64,000 bases of DNA from the IMG/VR virus record IMGVR_UViG_2892966740_000006, positions 1 to 64,000 of that record. One strand, given 5' to 3'. The translations under genes and the position numbers were made by a program. The notes under the pieces were generated by a model. It did no database searches. It saw only the letters and a list, made by a program, of their open reading frames with translations, and had not been told where the DNA came from. Positions 9,177-20,270 of the stretch are shown in pieces (positions within the stretch are counted from its first letter, which is position 1; the number at the start of each line of letters is the position of its first letter). Origin of the DNA: a virus (taxonomy: Duplodnaviria > Caudoviricetes).

Positions 9177-12100
9177 TCATCCCCTCTTCAGATTCATGAG
9201 TTTGGCGGCGGCCACCAGCTGCTTCACCGCATCCTCGCTGCCGGAGAGCGGGACCGGGTCAGACTGGCCGGGTAGATGGAGATTTACCGGTCGAAGTGAA
9301 CCGGATGAATGTGCCGGTTGGATCGTTGGCATGCTATCCAACGTATTACGGATTAGATCTGCAGGTTGTTTCAGGCGAGAGACAATGCCCCCTGATGCAT
9401 AGCCACGCCAGCCCTGAAGAGCCTTCAAGCCATAGCGGTTAACCCGGTCAAACAATGCCAAAGCCCCCGGCTCGCGGGTAACTTCCTGACGCATTACAAA
9501 TTCGTCAGCGTGAACGATACCAGCGGGTTGATATTTCCCACCCGGTCCCGTCCAGCCACCGGTATCAAAAGTCGATAGTGCGATTTTTACTAGATCATCG
9601 GTGGATGCCCCTGCCGCAGCAGCCTTAGTGACCTGTGCTTGCAGACTGGTATCGGGTGCCGCCGCATTCTTCTGCTGCACACTAACCGTGACGACCTTAT
9701 CCTGGATTGAATCGATCTGATCCTTGAGTTCTTGCACCTTCGTTTTGGCTTGTTCAACATCGGCATCTACCTTGATCTGGTTATCTGCCGCCATTAACTT
9801 TGCCAAGGTTTCTTCAACCGATTTAACGTTGGCATTGGCATCATTCAGCTGCTGCTTCAGCTTATCGATACCTTTGTTCTGTTCGGCCAGCTTGGCTTCC
9901 TGATCTGACTTCTGCTGCTCAGTGTCGGCAATATCAGCCTTACTGGTCGAATTGGCCTGATCAATCGCTTTCTTGGCTAGTTCCTCCGCCTTTTTGTTGT
10001 CTTTAATGCTTTCCGCCAAGGACAAGGCATCCTCTGCAGCTTTTTTGGCTCCTTCATAGTCGCCCTTGTTACGAAGGGAGCTGGACTGACTAATTTTTTC
10101 GTCTGTTTGTTTTGCGATGTCCTTTTGCTGATCATCTTCTGACATGCTCCGGCGTTGGATGACACGCAGCCTATCGGAATAGGACATGTTGCTAGTGACC
10201 ATTGCCTCCTGTTTTTTCTTGAGGTCAGCATTGATCTGTTTGATCTTATCGGCTGTTTGCTTGGCGGCTTCCTCCTGCTTGTGCAAGGCATCTTTGACAA
10301 CATCAACCTGTTTTTTTGCCGACTCGACCCATGCCTTACCTTGCTCCATCTGCAAGCTAGTAGAGGTGGCCACATATGCTTGCTCAGCCGCTGTCAGCGT
10401 TTGCAGTGTGTGGATTTTGTACTTGATGCTTTCTTCATAGGCTTTGATATCCGCTTCTTGCTGTTTTTTCTTCTGCGCGGCCAACTTACTCGCTAAGTCT
10501 GCCTCTGCTACATTCAACTGCCCCTGCAGTTCATCCCGCTTGGCAAGCAAATCGTTGATCTGTTTCAGTTGAGTAATCGCGTCAGCATAAAGATGATTCA
10601 TCCTGGCTGCGTTTATGGCCTCGGGTGAGTCCCACTGTCTTGCGCTTTCCTGCTCCATCCTTGCTTGCCAATAGGCTTTAGCCTGATCCAGTTTTTTGGC
10701 GTACTCTTCGCGCTCCTTGACCGATGCTTTAGACAGTTTTTCAGAACTCTGTACGACGGTGTTAGCGTAGTCTTTAGTCGTTGCTATTGTTTGATCCAGC
10801 GCGGCTTTACGTGCAGATACCGAATCTTGCATATCCTGATTTTCACGCCATAGCCGATACAACTCGGTCAACTTGTTGCTGGTCCAAACCACCTCAGCCA
10901 CAAATGCTGTCAATAACGGCACGGCCGCCATGGCCGAAGCCCCAACAGTCCCCAGTCCTGCGCCAAGTTCTACCGCACTGACCGAACTGGAAACGGCCAG
11001 CGTAGGCAGTTTCGAAAGCACTCCGGCAAGGCCACCCACACCGAGAATATTGAGCAGTCCGGATACAGCTACACCGGCAGCAGTCATCCCAGCTAAAGCA
11101 AGGCCAGCATCCTTGATCGGCTCAGGCAGGGCATTAAAGGACCGCAACATATCCGTCAGAAAGTTAAGGAATGGCGTCGCTGAGTTCACCATGTCACCAA
11201 ACTCAATCTTCAGCTCCGAGACGGCCCCTTTGAATTCCGTTCCACTATGCTTTGCCGTATCGGTTGCTTTGCCGTAAGCCTCCATCGCCACACCGCCAAC
11301 ATTCCCCATCTTGACGACTTCATTGGCGAGTTCCTGGTAGTGCTGTGACAGGGTTAATACCCCGCGCGCACCCTCCATATCCGGGACGATGGACTTGATA
11401 GCATCGATGCCAAGGTGCTTATCGGTAATTTGCTTAATCGTACCGGCCAGCCCATTCCAAGTGATTCCTAACTCACCAAGTTTGTCTTTGGCTTCTTTTG
11501 ATGGTGCCGTGAGCTGGGTAATTGCCCCGTTAATTGAGGTAATGGCTGCCGGAGTCTGATAGGCCTTGTTGGTTAACACGGCAATGGCGGCCCCCAACTC
11601 ACTCAGCGGTACTTTTGCACCGACTGCCGTTGGCAGGACCAAACCGATGGATTGCGCCAGTGCCGGGAATTCCGTTACACCGTCCTTGATCGTTTGAAAC
11701 AGGATGTCGTAGATACCATTCAGATCTTCAGTACCCTTCCCATAGGCATTCATAATGCCGAGACCGACCCGAACACTGGTCCCCACATCCGTGAATCCGC
11801 CCTTGGCTGCAATTTGTGCTTGGTGCAGTACCTTTAGTGAATCCGTTGGCCGAGTAAAATCCATTGATCCGAAGATATCGGCCAAGGCATACGCCGACTG
11901 AGTGGCATCGACCCCCATACTCTGCGCCAGATCACGTACCCCTTTGGTTAGATTGGGAAGCTCTTTCGTCTGAGCGCCTTCCAACTGGGTATTCACCTTG
12001 GCCATGGCCTCTTCAAAATTGGCGGCATACTGCGAGGCTTCTTTGGTGATGTAGCCCGCAGTCAGTCCCGGTGCAACCTGAGTCCCGATCTGACGGAGCT

Positions 12101-12761
12101 GAGAGGCCACTGGTGGCAGACTGGTCGCTGAAACATTCGACATCTCTTGCTTCAGCAGGGCAATCTTTGACTTTGCCGACTCAGCGGCACGAGCCAGCTC
12201 TGCCGATGAAATTTCGCCTGACCGAGCCAACCGTCCGTAGGCGGCCGCAACAAGATCAATCTCCCGCTGTATGTCTTTCTGGCTACGAATGTTGAGTACC
12301 TGTTCAGCCCGTGCAATACGGGCTGAGGCGAGCTGGCGAGCGCTATTAATGGACTGACTTTGTTCAACAGATTGCTGGGCAGCTTCCAGTACTTTGCTGT
12401 CAGCCGCATACGCCTGCAACTCCGCGCGAGATTGTTTAAGAATTACCGCTTGCGTACCGAGTTGACCGGATAAGGATTTCACCACGGCCTCAGCCACACC
12501 TTGCAGTTTCTCCAGCGAAGTAATGGGCGATGTGGCTTGGCTGGTCGCCTGTTGATAGGCCTCCAGTTCGTGTTTGGCTTCAGCTAGCTGATTGGCCAGG
12601 TTTTGGAAATCACGGTTTGCCGCTGAGAACAACTCCAGCTTACTGGCCATCTCTGGCCAACGCTTGATCATGTCCTGATAGCGTGCCTCAGCCTCTTTCA
12701 GGCCAGATAGAAACCCCGCAGGGTTTAGCTGCAGGGCATAAGCCAGCGTTGTGTTACTCAT
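9177..12761 (-). CDS. tape measure protein
   Basis: 1194 aa, Ala/Lys/Gln-rich helical; TP901-like core FEEAMAKVNT; GGWTG..GKYQPAGIVH motif. Confidence 0.9.
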   Translation of the reverse strand: MSNTTLAYALQLNPAGFLSGLKEAEARYQDMIKRWPEMASKLELFSAANRDFQNLANQLAEAKHELEAYQQATSQATSPITSLEKLQGVAEAVVKSLSGQLGTQAVILKQSRAELQAYAADSKVLEAAQQSVEQSQSINSARQLASARIARAEQVLNIRSQKDIQREIDLVAAAYGRLARSGEISSAELARAAESAKSKIALLKQEMSNVSATSLPPVASQLRQIGTQVAPGLTAGYITKEASQYAANFEEAMAKVNTQLEGAQTKELPNLTKGVRDLAQSMGVDATQSAYALADIFGSMDFTRPTDSLKVLHQAQIAAKGGFTDVGTSVRVGLGIMNAYGKGTEDLNGIYDILFQTIKDGVTEFPALAQSIGLVLPTAVGAKVPLSELGAAIAVLTNKAYQTPAAITSINGAITQLTAPSKEAKDKLGELGITWNGLAGTIKQITDKHLGIDAIKSIVPDMEGARGVLTLSQHYQELANEVVKMGNVGGVAMEAYGKATDTAKHSGTEFKGAVSELKIEFGDMVNSATPFLNFLTDMLRSFNALPEPIKDAGLALAGMTAAGVAVSGLLNILGVGGLAGVLSKLPTLAVSSSVSAVELGAGLGTVGASAMAAVPLLTAFVAEVVWTSNKLTELYRLWRENQDMQDSVSARKAALDQTIATTKDYANTVVQSSEKLSKASVKEREEYAKKLDQAKAYWQARMEQESARQWDSPEAINAARMNHLYADAITQLKQINDLLAKRDELQGQLNVAEADLASKLAAQKKKQQEADIKAYEESIKYKIHTLQTLTAAEQAYVATSTSLQMEQGKAWVESAKKQVDVVKDALHKQEEAAKQTADKIKQINADLKKKQEAMVTSNMSYSDRLRVIQRRSMSEDDQQKDIAKQTDEKISQSSSLRNKGDYEGAKKAAEDALSLAESIKDNKKAEELAKKAIDQANSTSKADIADTEQQKSDQEAKLAEQNKGIDKLKQQLNDANANVKSVEETLAKLMAADNQIKVDADVEQAKTKVQELKDQIDSIQDKVVTVSVQQKNAAAPDTSLQAQVTKAAAAGASTDDLVKIALSTFDTGGWTGPGGKYQPAGIVHADEFVMRQEVTREPGALALFDRVNRYGLKALQGWRGYASGGIVSRLKQPADLIRNTLDSMPTIQPAHSSGSLRPVNLHLPGQSDPVPLSGSEDAVKQLVAAAKLMNLKRG

Positions 12762-13248
12762 GATTTCTCTTGTTGATTGATGTCATCAATGGCGTCTAAA
12801 AAGAAACGCCAAGGGAACTGCTCAACATGCGTAAACCCGCGCTGCATAAGGCCACGCATGTTGCGTTCTAATCGACTGAGTTGTTCGGAGGGGTGATCAG
12901 CAACTTGGCCATGTCGGTCGTCATCTTCGCCTGATGTATCCGCCCCTTCATCCCGAAAAAAGCGGATTCAACTCCCGCATGGTATCGACCACCTCGGTCA
13001 GTTCAGACTGAGTCAACAAGTCCATCTTAAGCCTCATCAAGATCCGTCATGGCTAGCACATCGGTTAATGTCGGTACAGGCAGCAGCCAATTATTCATTT
13101 CCATCCGGCTGCGTTCCTCTGCAGAGCAATGTAAATCGGCATCTGATGGACCGTTATGCGTGGTGATCAGCAAAGCCCGTATTTCTCCTACCGTCAGCTC
13201 TTTCACCAAAACTCCAGAGCCAATTTGCAGGTTCTTTTGCACTCGCAT
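12758..13248 (-). CDS. tail assembly chaperone pair (G/GT-like)
   Basis: VKELTVGEIR...DEA(G)MDLLTQSEL...LNP, then a short second frame ending PWRFFLDAI. Confidence 0.65.
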
Positions 13249-13298
13249 GAAAAACTCCAAAGAGGATGCACGGCCAGTGTCCGTGCATCATGTAATGA

Positions 13299-14059
13299 TT
13301 ACTTCATGAGGGTTTCACGTACCCACTGGGAGAGGCCGTCACCGGTCTGCAGCGGATCAGACAGCACTTCGAACTTCAGACCGGCCCCACGGAAGTCCTT
13401 ACCCAGCAGGGCATACTTGTCGGCAAAGCCGAACTTGCCCCGGAAAATCTCCACGGCCACCTCTTTGCGGTTGGCCTTGTTCACCCCATGGAAGATGAGT
13501 GAACGCTCTTGGCTGGAGCTAAGCCAGCCAGTTGACGATGTCGGCCTGCTTGGCCTTGTAGCTGACCTTGATCTTGGCGCCGTCAGCGATAGCGCCACTT
13601 TCCAGAACAAAGATACCGGCAGCGGTCGGCAGATAATCTTTACCGGCCACGTAAGGGGCCGGATTCGTACCGGCTTCATCGGTCACAATAAAGTCACCGG
13701 CACCGATGTTTTCCAGCGGAACCAGCGTGCCCTTGTAGACCGTCTGTACTTCGTCAGAGATAGCCTCTTCCGCCCGCGTGGTGGCCACGCCCATGGTCAT
13801 CTCAGCGATGATTTCCGGCTGGAAGGTCTTGATGTCCAGATCCAGCGTGACGGCTTTCACCGAGTACATCTTGTCGTAGTTGCCCGGCCGGTGTAGGCAT
13901 CCGGCAGTTCCCGGGTTTCCTGCTCAATCGTCAGGTTGGCGGTATCGACCATGGCAAACGGCTTGTACTTTTTTCGCCGTAGGCCGACATCAGCATCTGG
14001 CCGGACACCGAGTAGGTGTGCTTTTCAGTCGAGGTAAGAATCGGGGCGTAACCCATCAT
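13299..14059 (-). CDS. major tail tube protein (fragmented)
   Basis: Collinear fragments before the chaperone and tape measure; no sheath gene seen. Confidence 0.65.
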
Positions 14060-14241
14060 TCATTCTCCGTAGTGGGGGTAACGGTTGCCTTGGTAAGCGT
14101 GGCTTGGCGATGTTGTGGCGGTACAGCCAGGGCAGCGGTGCTCGAAGACACCACCAGCTCATGACCAACTGGGTATTCGGTACCGGCGTTTTTGTGCACT
14201 TGTAGCAACTCAACGCGTTCACGCTGGGACGATCCAGCCAT
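14056..14241 (-). CDS. small virion protein
   Basis: VELLQVHKNAGTEYPVG motif; RBS present. Confidence 0.5.
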   Translation of the reverse strand: MAGSSQRERVELLQVHKNAGTEYPVGHELVVSSSTAALAVPPQHRQATLTKATVTPTTENE

Positions 14242-14253
14242 GGGTGCCTCCTT

Positions 14254-14675
14254 TCAGGCGTAAAAATCGGCGTTAAACATCAGCGGGAAATACCCCCAGT
14301 CACTGAGGTACATGGCAGCAGGAGGTGTTGCCGCTTGTAGCGGGTCATATAGCGCGGTGTCCGGGGTCCAGCCCAACAGGGCATCACGGACGCCCGCCAG
14401 CAGCTGGCCAGCCTTGTCGATAAGTTGATCCGGACTACCCTGTACGGCGACCACCACCATCCACTGCTGCACGATATGGTTCATGCCATCCATGCTCTGG
14501 CTGCCGGATGGCAACAAATCCCGGACATAGATCACATACAGCGAGGGGGATATCTGCTCACCGCTGGTGACATCGTTCATCTCCCCGCGCAGGGCGATCT
14601 GGCGCACGTCATTGATCTGCTGTTTTAGCCGGGCGACGATGGCTTAACCCCTAGCGCGAGGTGGTTCGGGCGCAT
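14254..14675 (-). CDS. Mu gp37-like tail terminator
   Basis: Position; AGQLL..VRDALLGW motif; start MRPNHLALG(PA)IVARLK after repair. Confidence 0.7.
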
Positions 14676-15107
14676 CAGTAGTCCTTCATGCTGTGGCGGG
14701 AGAACTTGCGACGCGGGGTTAACCATGACGACCTTGCCGGTCGAACTCACCGGGGTTTCCGCCACCGGCAAGCCCAGCGACACCACACCATTGGCCACGT
14801 CCTTGAGCCACTTGACCCCATCGTCGTAACGCTTGGTCACTTCCTCGCCGGGCTGGCTGGCATAGAGGAAATAGCGCACCAGATCAGCGGCTACTCGCTC
14901 CAGCGAACCCGGCACAAACGGCACCGGCAAGGTGTAGCGCTTACCCAGATAGGAGTTCACCAGCTCGGTGGCATCACTGATGGCGCGGGCCACCTTGCCC
15001 TGGTCAATTTCGCCGGTATTGGTCGGGTCGGTCACACGCAACAGGAACTCGCGGCCGAAGCGATCTTCGAGACCTTGTTGGGTGATGTAGTGAGTGGAAG
15101 TCGTCAT
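14675..15107 (-). CDS. Mu gp36/J-like head-tail connector (DUF1320-like)
   Basis: YIT...L..RFG, I.DA...VNSYL..RY.LP and RYDD.VKWL..VA.G motifs. Confidence 0.85.
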
Positions 15108-15113
15108 GCCCGC

Positions 15114-15160
15114 ATTGTGCGGGCATCGGGAGTGCAAAAAAGGCAGGAAAGGGTTCGGTA
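15114..15160 (-). promoter_or_regulatory. late promoter for the neck/tail operon, leaderless
   Basis: TACCGAACCCTTTCC-26bp-CACAAT-6bp-ATG. Confidence 0.75.
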
Positions 15161-15337
15161 GTGGTCAGTTCTCTGAACAAAACTAAGTCTGGGTGGCTAC
15201 TGGTCTACCGAAGCAAGCATTCATGCCATTGTGATAGCATGGCTATCGGCCAATACCGGCTATTGAGGATTTTCCCGATAGCGGACGTCCCTGCCAGCAC
15301 TCTCCCTCGCATACTATTTAAGTCGCCATTCTGCCCA

Positions 15338-16297
15338 ATGAAACAAAGCCTCTGCCCCTATACTCTTAAGCCGCTAGCTGAAATCTCCAACACCAATGGG
15401 GAACATATCCTTCCTAGGGCATTCGGTGCCCCGGAAAGCTTCACCGTTCCTGCAGACGAAGCAGAGAACACTCGCATGAACGATCAGATCGACTCCCCCG
15501 CAATCAATGATCCGCTTATGCGTCTGCTTGCAGTAACACAAGGCGTCAAGTCTCGTTCTGGATCGGTTAGAGCAAAGCTTAAGGGAGTGGTTACCGAAAG
15601 CGGCGAGGAGGTGATAGCAATTCTTGGGCAAGAGGGCATTGATTTCCGCTTTGTAGCCCCCGTTGATGTCGATGAAAACGGTTCCGTAAAAGGCGTCCGA
15701 GGTTTCGGAGATGCTGCACAAAAACTAGTAAACCAATTCCTGCGGGATAGCGCCCGTAAAGGACGCAAAATGGAAGTAGACGAGACGGTATCGCAGCCGA
15801 ATCCACATCTTTCTCTCGGACTGGAGGGAGACCTTAAAGTCATCCATAAGGAAGTCAGGAAAATTGCATATCTGATGACGGTACGAATTTTTGGTGACGA
15901 AGCCATTAAGTCCCGTAGCGGGGAAATTTATCGTGCAGCTATCCACGCCGAAACCGAAGAGGAGGTTCAGGCCACTGGCTTGCGAGGTGGCACGAACATT
16001 GACAGTATCGCTACTCTTGCTCGTGCAAAGCACAATGAACATGCACTTACCTGCTTTCGAATAGGCAGTGCCATCGTCTCGGCAGTAATTCTTTTCGGAT
16101 CGATTACCGGCATTTGTATTACCCCGGCGGAAGGCTTCTCAGCCCCGGAACTGGCTGGTGAAGTGATCATCATCAATGCCACGACCGGCACGCTAACCAG
16201 CGCTCCATACGACCAATGGATCCGGGATTTTATGCAAACGCCCGAGTTCGGGCAGGCGATGGTTAGGGCAGCCTCCTTGCAAACATATAAAACCTGA
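15338..16297 (+). CDS. moron: HNH-type endonuclease-like protein
   Basis: N-terminal CPYT...EHILPRAFG...EN..MN motif; opposite strand to the virion genes. Confidence 0.65.
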   Translation: MKQSLCPYTLKPLAEISNTNGEHILPRAFGAPESFTVPADEAENTRMNDQIDSPAINDPLMRLLAVTQGVKSRSGSVRAKLKGVVTESGEEVIAILGQEGIDFRFVAPVDVDENGSVKGVRGFGDAAQKLVNQFLRDSARKGRKMEVDETVSQPNPHLSLGLEGDLKVIHKEVRKIAYLMTVRIFGDEAIKSRSGEIYRAAIHAETEEEVQATGLRGGTNIDSIATLARAKHNEHALTCFRIGSAIVSAVILFGSITGICITPAEGFSAPELAGEVIIINATTGTLTSAPYDQWIRDFMQTPEFGQAMVRAASLQTYKT

Positions 16298-16499
16298 CAA
16301 CTCCTGCGGCCAACAAGCTATTGGCGCCGGGAGGATGGCAGCTAAGCACCAGCACTCTCGGCCACGCCCATAGTGTTCTGGTTGGATTGTCGCTGACTTC
16401 CATGGGGGAATGTTCGCTTCCCTACAATGGCTACTTCTGCTTTGGGTCGAAAGCAGGCATTGCCAGCATATGCAGGTAATGCCTGATCAGGCCTAATCA

Positions 16500-17264
16500 C
16501 TACCAGCTACAAATGATCAACTCCGCGCTGGCCTTCCCCTTGTTCTGATTCACGCTGTACTGGATGGCCACCTGCTCCATCCTGAAACCCGCGAACACGT
16601 CACGAATATCCGGGTGGTCGTTGATGCTCAAGATCACCTTGCCTTTACAGCTGCTCATCACCTCAGCCAGTGCCCGGTACTCTTCAAACGGAAACGGCAC
16701 CCCATAGCCTGCGGTCTTCCAGTACGGCGGATCGGCATAGAACAGAGTGTGGGGCCGGTCGTACTTCTGGATGCAGGTTTTCCAGTCCAAGTGCTCGACG
16801 TAGGTCCGGGCCAGGCGCAAGTGTGCGGCCGACAGCTCCTCCTCAATGCGCAGAAGGTTCAGCCGGGGCGCACTGGTGGTGGCGGTGCCGAAGGTTTGGC
16901 CGGTCACTTTTCCGCCAAACGCCATTTTCTGCAGATAAAAAAACCGGGCTGCCCGCTGGATATCGGTCAACGGCTCCGTGCGGGTCAGTTGTAGCCATTT
17001 GAACATTTCACGGCTGATCAGGGACCATTTGAACTGCCGCACGAACTCTTCAAGGTGGTGCTGTACCACCCGGTACAGGTTCACCAGTTCGCCATTCAGG
17101 TCGTTGATGACCTCGGTTTTGGCTGGCGCTTTCATGAAGTACAGTGCGGCGGCACCACAGAACGGTTCAACATAGCAGGCGTGTTCGGGGAACAGCGGCA
17201 GGATGTGCTTGGCCAGACGGCGTTTGCCGCCGATCCATGGCACAAGGGGGTTAGCGTTAGGCAT
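16500..17264 (-). CDS. D12-class (Dam-like) DNA adenine methyltransferase
   Basis: PWIGGKRRLA, YVEPFCG, INDLN and FYADPPY motifs. Confidence 0.92.
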   Translation of the reverse strand: MPNANPLVPWIGGKRRLAKHILPLFPEHACYVEPFCGAAALYFMKAPAKTEVINDLNGELVNLYRVVQHHLEEFVRQFKWSLISREMFKWLQLTRTEPLTDIQRAARFFYLQKMAFGGKVTGQTFGTATTSAPRLNLLRIEEELSAAHLRLARTYVEHLDWKTCIQKYDRPHTLFYADPPYWKTAGYGVPFPFEEYRALAEVMSSCKGKVILSINDHPDIRDVFAGFRMEQVAIQYSVNQNKGKASAELIICSW

Positions 17265-17432
17265 CAGGTATGTCCTTTTTATTGGCACTCCGGTGCTCGG
17301 ATCGTGGCTCGTGGCCCTGAAATGATTCAGTGCCCGGCATCGCGGGCACTTGATGGAGAGTTCGGTATAGCGGCCTTCGGCCAGTTTGCGGCCGCAATGG
17401 CCACAGCGGATGTCTTCCAGTGGGGTATTCAT
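17257..17432 (-). CDS. com: Com-family zinc-finger regulator
   Basis: DIRCGHCGRKLA....LSIKCPRC..LN. Confidence 0.85.
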
Positions 17433-17469
17433 ACTCTGCAAGTGCAAATAAACCCGCTAAACTGTTCAG

Positions 17470-17570
17470 GCTTTCGTGCACGAAAGTGACAGCCTCGGGT
17501 TGGCTTGCAGCTCACTCTGCGGGTCAGCTGTCCGGGTGGGTGTTGACGCACCCACCCGGTCGCTGTCTCT
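17470..17570 (+). ncRNA. structured RNA antisense to the com-methyltransferase leader
   Basis: Closing stem GACAGC/GCTGTC, an 11-bp hairpin and a G-U-rich hairpin that pairs fully only on +; TAAACT -10 just upstream. Confidence 0.55.
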
Positions 17571-17590
17571 CTATCGCCTTCCGGCGACGC

Positions 17591-18611
17591 TTACTTCAGC
17601 TGCAATTCCACCAGCACACCCGGACGCAAGCACAGCGGCAAGCGGTTGGACTGGGTATGCAGATCCACGCCCCGGTCAAAGTCGGTGTTCTTGATCTTGG
17701 CGTAGTAAGGTTGGCCGATGGTGCCCACCGCTTCGACAAAGTCACCCGGCGCATCGTAGATGCGGAAGGTCGACATGGTGCCCAGCGGGACGACATGACC
17801 ATGGCCTTGGTCAATCAGCCGTTGCGTGCTCTTGCCATCCGCCGTCGGTACTTCACCGGTGTACTCTTCGAACGTCAGCCCGCCAAACTTGAAGCCATTA
17901 CGGGTGTCTCCACCGATGTTTTCTTGTGCCGCCGCCCAGCCCGGAAGGCTTTTTCGACATTGGGGTGCGACGTCAGCGCATCAAAGAAATCCGCGTCGAT
18001 CCATGCCTTGATACCGGTGGAAATATCGCCCAGCAGGTTCTTTTCAACGTGGCGGCAGACATCGGCGCAGGCTTTTTTGACGTTGAAGGCAGGATCGGAC
18101 AGCTTGAACTCAACGACTTTCTTCTGGATGCTGAATTCCTTGAACAGGTCATACATCAGCTCGCCATTACCATCCAGAATCTGCCCCTTCGCCGCCCCCA
18201 GCATCATCCATTCGTGGGTCAGATCGTGGCGGGACTTCATATCCTGCAGGTGGTCGTTGACCACGCTGGCCACGTCAGCCACCGGATCGGTCGAGCCAAA
18301 GCCGCGAGACCCCATCAAATCGGCCGACAAGATCGTATCGTCGTGCGGGATATGTGGCACACCGAAGTAACGGACGTTGCGCGGGTTACGTTTGGTTCGC
18401 TGCCCCGGACTACCGACGTCCTGGTTGGCCAGCAGATGGATGCGACCCGGGCGTATTCGATGGCAACGGTACGGGTGTTGATCCCCTTGCCCTTAAAGAT
18501 GCCGCTTTGGCCGACCTTGGAGAAGGTATTGGGCAGCAGCTTGATGGACTCGGTCAGGCTGGCGACGTTAAAGCACGGGTCTTTCAGAATGTCCGCAAGC
18601 GATTGGGGCAT
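17591..18611 (-). CDS. major capsid protein (fragmented)
   Basis: F...SLTESI..LP, PHIPHDD.I and TQSN.LPLCLRP.VL motifs of the capsid E-like family. Confidence 0.85.
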
Positions 18612-18644
18612 TGTGTTGTTCCTTTATATAGGAGTCGGTGGCGA

Positions 18645-19036
18645 CTATTCGCCAGCACGCTCGGTGATACGGATGCCACGTGCCGACAACTGGCGATAAA
18701 CGTGGCGATAATGGGCGGGCGCGGCCGACTGGGCCTCACTCAGGACCGGTAGCGAGTCGAGGGCAATCACGCAGTCACCAGCCGCAATGCTTCGGCATTA
18801 CGCGAGGTCACGCCCGCGTCGGCAGCTGGCAAGTCATGGCGCAGGACGCCCAGCACAAAGGCCAGCGGGTCACTCGCGGCGGCAGACCAGGGCACGGCCA
18901 GCTCATCATCCAATGAGGCCACACCGAGAATGGTGCTTAGCAGAGCGTCCGGGCCGACCTGTACGGTTTCGCCGTATTCGTCCGGTTCGCCACACAGCGG
19001 AATTTGCGGTGGCAGCTGTTCAGTCACGGAAGGCAT
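18645..19036 (-). CDS. head decoration protein (fragmented)
   Basis: Between protease and capsid; ends ...GIRITERAGE*. Confidence 0.55.
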
Positions 19037-19048
19037 TCTCTTCTCCTG

Positions 19049-20055
19049 TTAGTGCGATGCAGCTCGCGCCTTGGCATTGGCGAGCAGCGGGTTGTCGTGG
19101 GGTTTTTCTTGCTGGCTGTTCATCGCACGGCTGGTGGCATCCGTGCCGGGCTTGACCACGACCGGGGCCGTTTTGATGAAGTCCTGGAAGGCGCTCATGT
19201 CGGCGCTACACATGGCCTTGTAAAAACCACGGCTGGTAAGCGCGATCTTGCTTAAGCCGCCACCGCGTCATCCAGTTGCTTGTCGATTTCCGCCTCGGCC
19301 GTACCGGCCTGCAGCTGTTGCAGCGAGTTGGCCACGCGTTCGTATTCCGCCTTCGGCACAAAGCCGGTCATGATGCTGCTGGTCACGGCTTTCAGATCTG
19401 CATCGGCCGCTGCACCGGTAACTTGGCGCAAGCTATTCATCGCGGTGGTGGTGTCGGCACTGGCGGATTTCAGCGTTTTGATCGCCTCAATCACCGCTGC
19501 GGCATCTGCCGCCGGGTCCAGTCCGAGCAGTTCAATCAGTTGTTTCAGCAGGTCCACAGAGGTCTCCATTGAGTTAAGGGCACGTAAAAACAGGTTCGGG
19601 ACATTGACGATGGCCACGGATATCAGCTTGACGATGCGGCCCGTGGCATCGAAATCGAATACCGGCGAGAGATATCGATACTTTTTAGCGACGACTTTCT
19701 CGGCCCCCTCCACGACCCAGTCGACACACGCCCAGATCGCACCATCACGGACCTCAAGCTGCTTGATCCATCCGGCGGCCTCGGCCTTGGTGCCGGGTCC
19801 GCAGGTCTGGTGGTTGTAGTCGACGACGGGATCAATCCCCGCCGACTGGTCAGCGGCAAAGGACTGCAAGATGGCCGGAACATCGCTAAACCATGGCCCG
19901 CGCCCATCACGACCGGTAAACGTCCCGGCTGGAATAACCTCTACCCACTCGGGAGCCGAGTCACCCTCTGGTAACGAAAGGGTCAGCGCGTTAATGGCCC
20001 TGCCAGCGGATGGCATGGCATTGATGGCCCGAAGGAGTTTTTGAGCGGTGTTCAT
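19049..20055 (-). CDS. Mu I-like prohead protease/scaffold
   Basis: VIPAG.F.GRDGR, VDYNHQT, AAGWI and YRYLSPVF motifs; the stop at 19252 is a corrupted GCCGGC. Confidence 0.9.
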
Positions 20056-20062
20056 GCCCCGC

Positions 20063-20109
20063 ATTGTGAGCGGGGAGAAATGGGGAAAAACGGGGGAAAG
20101 GGTTCGGTA
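20063..20109 (-). promoter_or_regulatory. late promoter (PI-like), leaderless
   Basis: TACCGAACCCTTTCC-26bp-CACAAT-7bp-ATG. Confidence 0.75.
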
Positions 20110-20270
20110 AAACCGAGTGGGGATTGCCGCGCGTCACATCGATGGCGTTAAAACCCCGTTAAAATCGCCATGGTAGCCTTACCAGTGCCATGAGCATGGC
20201 GTTAGGCGATAGATGCCAAATCAAACGCACAACGGCCGTTTGTGCGCTTAACCATTTCTTTGGATCAACG

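Noticed and set aside
12950-12970. TTTTTTC as the programmed tail-chaperone frameshift
   Set aside because: Cannot be distinguished from a homopolymer error in this assembly.
16500-17447. Com-methyltransferase fusion protein (315 aa)
   Set aside because: One extra C near 17298 gives a separate Com ending ..KDIPDA* over the methyltransferase start, which has its own AAGGA RBS; probably an error, though unproven.
17420-18699. Long + strand ORFs opposite the capsid gene (and similar shadows elsewhere)
   Set aside because: Antisense shadows of GC-rich coding sequence with no motifs or RBS.
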